This document shows, piece by piece, positions 40,191 to 53,300 of a stretch of DNA of 64,000 nucleotides; the stretch's first letter is position 1, and each line of letters begins with the position of its first letter. Below the pieces are notes generated by a model. It saw nothing but the letters and a program-made list of their open reading frames with translations, was not told the DNA's origin and searched no databases. Source of the DNA: Psilocybe cubensis (taxonomy: Eukaryota). The stretch covers positions 1,178,001 through 1,242,000 of the forward strand of contig CM039010.1 in the NCBI GenBank assembly GCA_017499595.2. The letters are read 5' to 3'. The position numbers were made by a program, and so were the translations under genes.

Positions 40191-43100
40191 CTACCGGGTG
40201 TTATATGGAGGGTTATCTAGAGTTGAAGAAATATACAGTCAGAATAATGCAACGACTAACTAACAAAGCGAGAAAAAACAAACTTACTATATATACTATA
40301 TTGATCTGTAAGGAACATTGAAGGCTGCTGAGACTGCTGCTGCTGTTGTTGTTGTTGTTGCTGAGCTACCTGAACACTCTGTGGAATATCATATCCAGCT
40401 CCCAACTGCGAAGGATACGACGAATAGTCAAAGTACTGAGGCGGATACCGACGAGACTGGGATTGTTGCTGGTCTCCAGAATTATGCGAAGAATGGAGTC
40501 TAGTATGTGAGGTATGCATCCCTTCATCCACCAGCCCAGTACTATAAAGCTGAGGGAGCACCGCCGTCGAAAGGGGATTATTATAGCTGTGTGGGTTCAT
40601 GTTGCTCCCATGCCAGGTCGTATAACTAGAGTTCGCATTCATACTCGTCAGCGAAATACCACCAGACGAGGAAGCGGCAGCAGAAGGAGGAGGAGGCTGC
40701 GACACATTATACGCAGACTGAGCGTCGTCAAACGACGTGGTCCCCGCATCATGCTGGAACGACGTTTGCTGGTGGATCGACCCGCGCGGGCGGAGCGGTT
40801 CCCGAAGATACTCGTTCGAAAACGAGTGTTGCAGTACCCGTGTACTGCTGCTGCTGCCAAAGGTACTATCATCCAGAACGTTATCGGCGACGCGCTTGTT
40901 GCGTTCCGTAGGTATATGCCTTAAAGGTATCGGTGGTGCTGGGTCTGTGGACATCTCGGCTTTTGTACCACCGAAGAGGTCGAGGGCTCTAGCGGCACTG
41001 GGCCAGACTACCCTCATAGCACGAAGGGCATTCATGCATTTCGCAAACCCGATACGAGCCTGCGGGTCATTCGGATGCACGGTGACTAGGGCAAGAATAA
41101 AGACATTAGCAAATATATGCGCATTTTATTAAAGTTTTGAGACGTACGATTAGTATCGTGCATGATCGTAGCGGTGAAGACATAGTAACACAAAAAGACG
41201 GGGCATCGAGCAATCAAGTACTTCTCCTGATACAACGAAACTACAAAAGAAAAAAGAGAGAGAAAGTAAATATATGCGCGCATATATCCACGATAACTGG
41301 AGATGGCGACCGCGTACCTATAGTGGTGATATGATTAGCCGCCGCATTGCAAAGCTCGTATCTCTTCGCAGTAAGCGCTCTAGCGTCAGGGTCATCAGAC
41401 GTTTCCGATCTGGAAAAAAAAAGCGGAAAAGCGGCTTATTAGTCTTTTTATGCTCCCAATCAAAATATAGAACAACACCATCTCACTGTTTTTGTTTTGC
41501 CTGAACCATATTGCGGATGCTAAAACAGAATAATGCGATCAGTGTCCGTCCGTTGTCCGTGTCCGTGTCCATCAGAGTCTCGCGAAAAGGGAAAAAGAAA
41601 AACACTTATAAGGATGGAGGGAGGGGGGAACGAGGTACTCACAACGGCCGATGCAACAAAAGCACCGCACACCAGTACTGCATATGGAGTGTCAAGACAT
41701 TAGGGAGTGGAGGGGGTTTAGAGGAGCTAGGTTCGTATCGCAGATGGTCCGGTAGTTCGATATACCACTTATCCAGCAGCCCCTCCAGAACAGCCGATTC
41801 CGCGTGGCGACTCGACAACGGACGGACAGCGTAAATGGACTGAACGATGTTACTCAAGATACCCGCTAAAAAGGGGGGGAAAATTAAGTGAGTGAGTGGA
41901 GTGAAGATATAGACATATACGGCAGAACTCACAGAGCATGGCAGAGGCGTTAAAACAGGATATGCTCCGCGCTGGCAAGGGGGGTGTCCGCTCGCCGCGA
42001 GCAGACTCCAAAGACCATTCTTCGAACTCTTCTGGGTCTTCGTCGTTCGGAAGAGGGGTATCAAAATCCCATTCAAAGATCATGAGTGGCCGGCCTGCAT
42101 ATGGATGGGGGACGCCAAAGAAAGGTAAGCTATCGACCCATGACAACAGTGCAGGAAAAAGATCCCACTGACCAATATACGTAGAGACATATTTGTCCAT
42201 AATGACACACCCGAACCAGATCCTTTTCCTTTCGTTCAGCTCCCACTCACTGAACAACCTTCCGCCTAAGCCAACTCTCTCCCATCCGTCGGCACTGCGA
42301 TGCATACCCAGATCTTGCGCCATACGTATCGCCATACCGATATATGTCCACGCTTGCGCCATGGCACCTATTCCTATCTCTCTATACCCCATCAATAGCA
42401 AAGCCTGACACGTCGAAGGACGAGAGGAAGCATATGTTCTATCCATCATAATTTTAGCGTGATCCAAATACTCATCCCCAGCGGACCACATCACGGACGG
42501 GTCGGACGGAGGCAAGGCGGTCTCATCGTAGCGGGACGCGAGAGCAAACATCGACAGGAGCAGTACCGTCGGGATACGACGGTGCTGCTTGTTAAACGGA
42601 GATGTGTTGGATGCATCGGGGTCGGAGGTCGGTGGTGAATCAGCTTGTGTCCTAAAGGAAGCCGGCATTCTATGAGTTCAACGGAGGGGATCAAACATTA
42701 AAAACCAAAAAAAAAAAAAACACGCACGAGGCTCTGAAAGACTCCAAAAAAGATTTCTTGTGTATGATAGGAAAGAGCGGCTGGACATAAGTGAAATAAA
42801 GATCCAAAAGATGCTCCTGGAGCTGAAGCGGCGGGAGTTGAGATGCGAACTCGTCCTCCCCGCTCAAAATAGCAGATGCGGAGGGCAGTGGGGGCCACAC
42901 GCGCGCTTTAGGAAACCTCCTACAAAAAAAGCAACAAAAATAAAAAACGTCAAAACTATCTCCAACGATTCCGACGGGTGGAAACCTTAAAGGGATGTTG
43001 GGTCACGAACCAGATACCACCCTCGTTCCTCTGATCCACCCTTTCCTTGTTTCCCAGAAGATACAGCCCGCTGGCCTTCCCATGATACCTGACCTGTTCG

Positions 43101-44953
43101 TCCTCATTCAAGCTTAACTGACCCACAGCGCCCATAAGCTCGTCCTCGCTATCCTCGGTCAGGCTATTCTCATCGACGCTCGAGCTTCTCCTATCGCCGC
43201 CTTGTGCGTCCCCTGCGCGTGAGCTTCCATTTAAGTGCGGGAAGCGCCCTCGCACGGGACTTAGTGGTGTATACGGACCGCGATGGCGGGAAGAAGTCTC
43301 GAGAGGATGCGCCTGCTGCTGCTGCTGCGGCTGATGAAGCGACACAGCTGACCCAGATGCAGAATTGGGATTCTGTTGGTAAGGATAATCATCGTCGCCA
43401 ATGCGACGCCGTTGACGTCTTCCGTCCGGTGAAGGATGTTCATCGCTTGAATGGGATTTTGGAGTGGACGCGGGTCGGTTGTCGGCATTGTTCTCCGAGG
43501 AGGAGGAGGACGCGACGGCGTTTAACATTTTAGATACCTTGTCCTGCCATTCATTGGAAGGGCTGGACAATAAAAAAAATCGATGAGAATTCCGAGTTCG
43601 AGAGAGAGAGTATGTATGCGTTACACGCACTGAGTGGACGTGAGATCAATAGTCGCGGATTCGGTCTTTGCTTGACCAGGGAGAGACGTTTCGGAACTGT
43701 GCCCAGAGCGTATTTTACCACCGATACTAAGGGCAATGTCTTCGCGCTTACGACCTTTGACTCCATAAGGGGAGTTGTCCACACGAGTGATGATCTCCTT
43801 CGCCAACGGATCCTACAAAAATAAAATAAAATGGATTAGTTTCACAAATTGCCAATATGCGAAACGACCCAGAACGACCCAGCACACGAAAGGAGCGGGG
43901 AAAACATTCGGCATATGGAGGATATCCAAATGTCACAAATGAAGCAATGGTCATGCCTTGACGACGGCGACGGGGGGGTGCGGAGCACAAGATGACATTT
44001 TGTGGCGATATTTACCTTGCCGATATCGCGGAGCAGGGTCTGTGCTCTAGGGTCAGCGCTGGCGAGCATGATGCCCAACAGGGCTTCAGTCTGATGGAGG
44101 CGAGCCTCGATGGCGTCAATGTAGCCTTTTGGCGGGCCGCGCTTCCGCGATGGACCAAGAAAAGTGCAGGCTAAAGCGGTATGTGAGTATGCCAGAAGGA
44201 CGCAAAAAGACATATGGGGTGCTCAGAGGACTGGCATAAAGATGAAGGATCAGCCATAGTAGTGCCGAAGATGACATTGGAAAGACATGTTTTTTTGATT
44301 TGATTTCGAGATGGGGGGGAAGAACCTGGGAAGGACATCGGGACTTACCAGTGCCCAACATGATGCAGTTTTTACACGGCTCGCTCGGACCCGAACGCTC
44401 ACACTTGCACTTTGACTTGCGACACTGATCGCAGGCTAGATGGATGGAGAAGATTGAGCAGTGAGGGAGGACGCGCGAGGCGAGGCGACGCACCTTTGCT
44501 GCTCCTGCGCCTCACTGTGCGATCGTTTGCCCCGGAAGGACTGGACCCGACGTAGGACAAACCATGATGATCTGCGGGGAGCTCTGTGATATCGTCGTAG
44601 TCATCGCTGTAGGACATGCTGTGTGGTTCGACAGAGGCAGCGGAGTGATGGAACTGGGAGGGACTGATGGGTCTGTCCTGGGCAGGAGAGACTGAATTGA
44701 GCCTGGGGGGAAGATGGGAGACAGGATTGGGCCAGAGATTTGCGGAAGAGCCAAAGCGATATAACGGAAAGTGAGAGAGGTTGTTGTCTGCAGAGGAGCG
44801 AGAGTGAGAAAGGATAGCGTGGGAGGCGTGAAACTTGAATTGAAAGTGTGGCATGGAAGAGTTTTCCGGAGACAAATCGGGAGAAGACAAGTCTTCTGTC
44901 TTGACCGGATACTGGGCAAAGTAGGGCGTCTGGGACGAGCCCATTGCGGGCAT
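40191..44953 (-). CDS. Zn(II)2Cys6 transcription factor with fungal-specific TF (Fungal_trans) domain
   Basis: RRRSSK|ACDQCRKSKCKCERSGPSEPCKNCIMLGT|ACTFLGPSRKRGPPKGYIDAIEARL; YHGKASGL; GMAIRMAQDLGMHR..ERKRIWFGCVIMDKY; poly-Q C-terminus. The 5' end may extend further upstream. Confidence 0.93.
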
Positions 44954-46283
44954 CTGGCGGACAGGGAAGGAGAAAAGAGTTGAAAGTGCAAACGCGCTGT
45001 ATTATACCTCATCATCGTCTCTCAAATGAATTGAATCCGAATCCGAGAAAATAAAAAAAATAAAAAAACACAGAGATCCGCTCAGATTCGCTCATCAATC
45101 CCGCGTCCACACCGAAAAACTATCCCGATCCACGTCCGATTGGAAACGCAAATTTTATCTATCAGTCCGAGATCTGTTCAAGATCACACCAGCGCTTACA
45201 CGCACAACTTGCTACAGGGACCCATTCGATTCACCATGTCATGTGCAACCGTTAAATACACCCCCGAGTACACGCCGTCAGCTTTCCAGTCTGAGCACAC
45301 AACAATACCGCCAAGTTCATGGTCCCGCCTACGTCAGTTCTCACAACAGACAGCCTCGGCTTCTATCATCATCTGTCCAGTAAGATGCCGAACGCCCTGA
45401 ACGCAAGATTTTCAAACAATGTCGCTCTGCCGCTCTGTTGATGTCGACAGCTCTTCCCCTTGCGTCTACTCGTCATCAACTTGTCACCCGACCTTCTCGT
45501 ATACCCGCCATCTAGCCAGCGTCGGCACAGTCCAGATCCTGAGCCGGCCATCTCAACCCAGTCCATTGCTCAGTCCCATTCAATTATGTACGTGGATCTT
45601 ATCTTGGTATTTCAAATACCTCACCCAGATACGCGCGTATCCATCCATCCACCTACTTTACGCCGGCGTGAGTACGCGTCAGAGGTATATTTGCAGTCCC
45701 CTTAATTGAACCTTTCATCTACACACTCCACAACACAAGTACAACATTTTGATCGGTGTGCGCCACACAAATTTCGGGCGCCGCTGGGAAACGGAGTGTA
45801 AGCACATTGCACAAACCACACCTTGCACGTAACTTGACGAGGGGACTAGCACACACACACTCTCTACCGGAGCGAGCCTCCCTTTCACGACTTACACGCT
45901 TCTAGTGCGGAGTCGATAGTGGCCACAGGACCCGCCTGCAGCCCTCACGAACATCGACTTCCAAGGGCCAGCCGCCATCCCATGTCCAAGAGTCCATATG
46001 CCATATGCCTTAAACCCCTTAATCCATCACCCTCCAGCCCATCCCATCTGCGCGAACCTCTCTCCAGATTGACAGCCTTTTTTCCATATCCTCCAATCAC
46101 AAATACCCCAAACACAAAAAAGGCTTCTTGAATGGGGAGGGTGCCATATATACTCGTATTACCGTTACCGTATACATATATAATTAGAAAGATGATCCCT
46201 TCGCTAAGTAGTACGTACCCAAATTTGACGAGGGGCCCCCAACAAAAAATAGAAAATTCTCCCCCTTCAGGCTTCTTCCCATG

Positions 46284-46313
46284 ACAGGACAGGACAGGAC
46301 AGGACAGGACAGG
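46284..46313. repeat. (ACAGG)6 microsatellite
   Basis: Six perfect units followed by degenerate (ACTAGG) units. Confidence 0.95.
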
Positions 46314-49053
46314 ACCAGGGCAGGACTAGGACTAGGACTCCAAGGAAATGATTGAAAGAAAAAGAAGAAGCTTGAAATCCTCGCGGGTAGGTACGTACTC
46401 CCTCCGACCGTCAACGTAACAGGTCCCAACTCTCTCATGTTTATAAGTCTCTCATTGAAGCTAGAAGCAAGCTTATCACGCCTGTCTCAAGGCACGACGG
46501 GTTCTCGATTTCGAGCAATCCACACCATGGCAAAAAGACAAATGAAACTCTACGTCCAAAGGAAGGAAGGAAGGAAAGAAAAGGAAGGACGAAGACGATC
46601 CCGATGTATAATTCCACGAAGTCTGGAGATCTATCTAAACAGACAAAACAAAACAAAACCCAAAAACTTATGTTTCTTTTTCTCGTTCTAGCTCGCTCGC
46701 ATCTGATTTGATTTAATTTGATCCAATTGCAATCGCAATCGCAAACGTTCCAAACACTGTTGGACATCACGGATAGCTGATAGATGTTTACCGTTTCCCG
46801 TTTCCCGTGGGCCGTTCCTGCAACAGCAACAGCAACGGAGAAAACAGCGTCGAATATATATAATATATATAATTTTAAATCCCCTCCATTGATAATGATG
46901 TTCACACACCTTGCAGCAACTCTTCAAAGCTTCAGGGTGTGGTAAGTATATCATGATCAATATTTACGGGCGTCCCAATGCCATCAGCGTTACAACGCGC
47001 ATAGAACTTCTCCAAGGTTTGAGATTGAAGCTAAGGGGTCAGGCTCACATACGCCTGACGCCTGGCGGGCTGAGGCCGTAGCGCACCACGCATGCACCAC
47101 GCGACACTCTCGCCTGAGTCTGTGAGTCTGGTGTGTACACACTTTTTATTTTGATGATTTTGATGAAAGAGTGTGTGGTCCTGTGCTGTGTGCTGTATGT
47201 ACCAATTCAAAGTCCTTCCGCGTCGGCATCGGCCCATAGACCATAAACGCACAACGGCCAGACACGGCAAAAAAACGCAGGCATGGCATTTTTGCATTTT
47301 TGCATTTTGCTTAAAATAGACTCATACATACCGGAAAGCGGTTTAAAATTAAAGAACCTTGCCGTCGCCCGTCGCCCGGGGTGCCCCGATATGCGTACAC
47401 AATGTCACATTGTCGTCACGGAGTGACGATCCGGATCCGGAGCGGGCCAGGAAAGCGGCTTGGCGGACCGGTCGGGTGATCGCCGATGATCGATGATGAC
47501 CAAACACACCAGGGGTTCTTGGAATTCTTCTTGGCTTTCCTTCGCCCCGTGCCTTCTTGCCTCTTCTTTTAAATTTAAATTTAAATACCGTGGTGGCAAA
47601 AAGACTCTAAAAGGTCGTCGAAAGCATGGTTTTTGACAGCTTTGTCTGGCAGCGTGGCTTAGAAGGTGATTTGAGAATGCAACTGTGTGTTGTCGACATC
47701 ATATTATGTTGTTTATCATGTTTAAAAGGTATTCTGTTGTATTTTTTTTTGGTCTTAGTGCCGCTTTCCATGAGATTTTCCAAGAGCCTGGCGTACAGGT
47801 CCTCTTGGGAGCGTTCATCTCAAAACCCCTACGTAGCTTTCCGGCTTCTCCGAAAACTTGGGAGAGCCTAGAGGTATGTCATGTCATGATCATATCATGA
47901 TCGTCTGAACTGCATCGGGCACGATTTTCCGCACAGAAAACAGAAAAAAATAATAAATCAATCAAGTTTACTGCGCGGCGAGACTTTTTTTTTCATTTAC
48001 CTTGGTTTGTGCGTCTCAAGAGTCAAGTCTCAAGATCTCAAGTCTCAAGTTGATCTTGGGGGGAGGAAGGGGAAAGGTCTCGTACCTCACTCAGCTCAGC
48101 TCCGTACAAATTCGATAACGTCTACATAGAACTTCTTAACCCCAAACAAAACAAAAACGCTATCTAGGGAGGAAGGAAGGAGTGATTAAGTTCAATATGT
48201 TGCTTGTTTGATAAACGGAGGGGGGTGGGCCGTCACGGTGAACAAATTGATAAACAACTCGATGCACCCCATGGATCCAAATTCTAAAAACTCACTGATT
48301 CAGAATCACGTATCATGCTTCGTCCAACTCAATCATGTCCCGGCGGAAACCTGGGAAAAAATATCTGTCCATTCAGTGTGGGCTATGTATATGTATATGA
48401 ATATGTATACGACACTGCGCGATAGATAGATAGATTGACTGATGCAAACAGCTAGAATACACCTACCCACCAAACCCAAACCACCCATATTCAAAAGACC
48501 GACCATTCTCATTCGTTCCCGTGAAGCGCTGAGCCTAGTGGGCCGTGGCAGAATTCAGAGTCCCATTCCATTTCGTACGACTCGGATCTCTCTCATTTTT
48601 ATCTTTTATCTCCTAGTTGACTGATGCATATCTAACCGGAAGTTGGACGGTTTGGCATTTTCGTTCATATCATACTAAACATATCATATCATATCATCTC
48701 ATATCATCCCCCTTCCCCTTCCCCATTTCCCGATTCCACATTTAACTCTGGTGTTGTCTTTGTTGCCCGACATCGCCTTTCTCTTACAGTCACAAACCCT
48801 TCTTCGAGATCCGAGTCCGAGTTCGAGTCTGTATGGGTAACGGTCCCTTCTCCTACTTCACCATTACAATCCAAATAGGTCAACTACCAAATCGTGAATC
48901 AACAAAAATGCACAAAACAGCATCCGGTGTAAATTACAATCTCTACTCTACACCTTTCTCTTTTTCTTTCCTTTCCACACCCGCGTCTCGGAATGATGGA
49001 CACTGACACGGACACTGACAGAGCAGGGTTCCCTCCCAAAAAAAGACAAGGAT

Positions 49054-49088
49054 CAAGAAACAAGAAACAAGAAACAAGAAGCAAGAAA
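49054..49088. repeat. (CAAGAAA)5 short tandem repeat
   Basis: Five units, one with a single mismatch. Confidence 0.9.
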
Positions 49089-50375
49089 ACCGAAACGAAA
49101 CACTAACCGGACCGTTGAACCAGATCGTATACATTCTTTTTTCAGCTGCACACGAAATCGACATTGAAGAAAAATACATTGATACAAAGATATATCGATA
49201 TATGTCACTTAAACTTTCACTAACATCATGGATTCATGAGTCATGAGTCATGAGTGTTTAGCACTAGTGGCTCGACCCCAGGATCTGGGATACACAGTGA
49301 TGTGCCCTTCAAGAAATTTGAGTTTAAGTCGTCTGTCGTAACGAGAACGTTCATTCAGAGGCACGCCATTTTCACCATGCGGTTACATAGGCACAGACAA
49401 CAAATTTAACAAAAAGCAGCTAGCCAATCGAGTCTATTAGTATTACTATTACGACTCGATTGCCGTAAAATACGCATATATTAAATTCTCTCTCTCGTCA
49501 GCGAGAAGTGATATGTTTGTAAAAAGAAACGAGGAGACAAAGTGCCTGATCTGTAAATTCAATCAATGGGAGATAGCCAGCCTCGCAGCAGTGCCTTTAA
49601 TGAAACATAAACATAAATAGCCTCTATCCAATAGCCTCTCCAACCCCACAGACGTTTCCCGTCAGAAAAACAAAGGCCATCGACAGTCGACCGTGGTCCG
49701 TGCCTAACCAATGCGTCGTGCGACCCGATGAAACAGCATGGCAACTTGATGATTTTATCAAGAACGTCTTCTTGATTTTTGGCAGTGGGAGAGAGTCTCA
49801 CACACCCTTTACGCGACCGTCTTCTCCAGGCCCTTCTTCCCGACGTCAAAGCGTGGCAGAAACGTGGCGTGCTGATGATGAATTCGAGGTCAAGACTAAC
49901 TTAACCTAAACAGGCCCGAGATACTATTTCTGGCAATCTTCCTATGGTGCTTTTAGTTTGAATGCTGGATTGAATGGATCTTGGGAGTGCTAGAAGTGTT
50001 TGGTCAGCACTTGATATAATCCATTGGATGCATGTATTCTTTCGATGAGTACTCACGATCGACGAGAACTTTCTGAATGTTTGAAGCGATGCACTCTCAT
50101 GTCAACCACAAGCGAGCAAAAAATGAGATAGAATTTCGTGCTCAACGCACTTCCAGAAGGCCATTTGGTAACTCAGACTATTACTTTGCACAGAAACAAC
50201 AGAGAGACAATAAAAATGAAACAGGACGGAGAGAGAGAAGAAGGGGAGGGAAACAAAATAAGGGTAAGATACCATGATACAATAAAATATAGAAACAGAA
50301 AACGAAGAAAAAATAATAGGAAAAAATACGAAAACGATATACTGTATGTCCACATTATTCAATAGTACCATTGCC

Positions 50376-53300
50376 CTATGCACTCAACTTCGACGGTGGA
50401 GGATGTACCACTGTAGATCCCAGCCTTGGCGATGAAGCAGCGACCGCATGTCGCTCCCGATCCCGCTCAAGTCGATCACGATCAGACCCGCCACTTAATG
50501 CATTGCTTCCGCCCATTCCATTTGACGTCGGTCTGCCCGAACCCGACAGGGGCGCATGTAATGACGACATGAGAGGCGATGCCGTGCGGCTGCTGACGGG
50601 ATACGAGGATGGGTGACTGCCGTTTTTCATCACCCCGTCCGATTGGATGTTTGCCAGCGACGACCCCGACGACGACGGCGGCGGCGGCGGATGATGTCCA
50701 ATCGGCGTGGAGGTGCGACCAGGACCACTCAGACGAGGTGACGATGAGTAACCTGATCCTGAAGGACCAGAAAGATGTTGCTTGCTTCCGCTGGGCGGCG
50801 GGGGCGACATTGGCCGGGATTTGGGACTGCGCGATCGTTTGAAATTAGTGCCTTAAAAAAAGTTAATCTAACAGTCAGCAGCGTACCTGGTCACTGGGGA
50901 GCGATGTGAATTTGACATGGATGTAGAGTAAGAGGGACTCGGGGGTGGTCGGGTGCGACTACTGGTTGGAGGGATTGGAGGAGATGCCATTCTGCTCAGA
51001 CTTGAAGAGGGGTTGTTGCTCGGCATGCGAGATAGAGGTGGACCATGTGGGCCGCTGGTAGATACATAACGGTGTGTTTGGATTGGCGAAGATCCCAGAT
51101 ATGGACCTGAAGGCGGAGGAGCAGAGGAAGAAGAAGGGATGCGATACGATGGCTCTTCCGGTCCTGCAGGTGTATTCCAGGACGGCGGGCCGCGAGGGGA
51201 AGCTGTAGAACTACTCAATCCTAAGCCGTTCATGTGAGAGCCGGAGGACGAGCCTGCAGAGGCTTGCTGCATAGCCTGACTGGACGCCATGACAAAGGGC
51301 ATAGCCATGGGTCGATCGCCTCGGTCATCGAGAGGGTGTATAGGAGGGCCAGAGGAATGTCTTGAAGAAAGGATTTTCCTGGAATCCCTGTCCCTGTCCC
51401 TCTCTCTTTCTCGATCCCTTTCCCGCTCTCTGTCTCTGTCTCTATCCCTTGGGTCCCGATCTCTGTCTCTGAAGTCAAGATGAGAGGGATGATGGTCTTC
51501 TGTATTTTTGGATGACCAATGACCGGACTCCCTTTCCCTATCTCCTCGTGGTCCCACGGGAGGCGGTAAGCCCTTGCCCGACGACAAATTGATGACTTCC
51601 GTTGGATGAGAATGGCTAGGTCCTGAGCTGGCATGCAGCAATGGAGGCCGCGAGCTCTCGTAATCTCGAGTCGACCTCGGACTGTGTATGATGGCAGGTG
51701 GACCCCCAGAAGGCGGCAATGACGACGACGCGTGCTGCGACCCTTGTCCGTGATGGTGATGAACGACATGGTGATGGTGGCTTCGATGGTGGTGATGAAG
51801 GGTATGATGATGAACGCTGCCAGATCCTTGGGGCGGCGGGGGCGGGGGTGGTCCACCTGTGGAACCAGCATGCAAATGTGAAAGGCTTGGGTGCGACGAA
51901 CCTGGCAGGGCAGAACGATGTTGCTGCTGCATGTGATGCTCGCGCCTCTCTCGCTCCCGGTCCATCTCCTGGAATTCTCGGTCTCTTCGAATCCTCTCGC
52001 GCTCCATATTGTCGCGTTCGCGTTCGCGTTCTTCTCTCTTCCTCTCCCGAAGGTCCCTATCTCGAGCCATCCGCTCTCTTTCTTCCTCTTCTTGCAATAG
52101 CCTTGGGTCCCAATCTCCCTTGCCACCCCCACCCCCACCTAGGTTATATGAGGGCATACCCATGCCTGCTCCCATCCAATTGCCGTTCGACTTGGCACCA
52201 GGTCCATGGCCACTCCCAGCACCATTCGACATCATCGGAGCAGGCGACACAGATCTACGGCCGTTCATCCCGCTCTTCACATTCCCACTGTGATGGCTTG
52301 ACATATGCGGTGGAGGAGGTTGGTGAGATTGTTGCTGTTGCTGTTGGGAGTGTTGGTTACCTGGCCCAGGACCCATGCTATTTTGACCAAAGTACGGATG
52401 GTGCGGATGTATCTGGTGCCCAACTCCTGCGGAATTGCCTTGTCCACCAGGACCAATAGTGCTCATTTCGTGATCTCCAGGGTATCCGTTACCGTGGCCA
52501 TGTCCTCCACCCGACATGGGCATTGGCGGCCCATGAGTATGCGACTGCGAGCGTCCACCTGCGCCTGGGAAATTCGAGTACGAGTTGAGGTCCCTCGAGT
52601 TGTTCGACGAAGGTCCAACCGGCATCATGCCTCCAGGTCCCTGTGGGGGATATGAATTACTATTCATTTGATCGCGCATTCTGCCTGGTGGTGGTGGTGG
52701 CCCTCCGGGACCGAAGGATGGTGGGATATCACCGTACTGATCATACCCCATACCGTGCTGATGCGGGTGCATCATTGAATTGTGAGGAGGCCCCATTGAT
52801 GATGGCGGAGGCATATGAGAAGATAGAGGTGGACCATTGGACATGATACCCATACTGGACGATCTGCCCATGCCCACACCCATGCCACTGATTCCGTTTC
52901 GGGGTGGGAGAGGTCCGAAAGATGATGAATAGGTTTGTTGGGGATGATGATGATGCGAATGAAGAGATTGCTGAACGTCGTACGCGGCGGATGCTTTGCT
53001 ATTCTGGAACAAAAATTCCAGGTCGTTGGCAATGTCTGTGGCAGAAAGGGTGGATATTTCAGGATACACCAGATTTTTAGGGTGGTGTGCGTGGTGATGG
53101 TGATGCGCATCAGCTTTATTATGTTTGCGACTTCCGAACGGATAAGATTTGACAATTTTGCGCATATTAGGCAATGGAGGTGGAACAGCGACGTATTGCT
53201 GCACTGGAATGCGCCGTGCTAATGAGACTCCAATTAGTACGAGATTTCAAAGTAAATGTAAATCGGTGCGTACGCGGTTGATGTTTCTCAGCAGTTCGTC

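Noticed and set aside
48800-48840. tRNA T-loop-like GTTCGAGTC
   Set aside because: Part of a degenerate (TCCGAG)n repeat; no cloverleaf or A-box.
49426-49462. Short hairpin CAATCGAGTC..GACTCGATTG
   Set aside because: A 10-bp stem in a repeat-prone region with no TSD or further structure; compatible with chance.
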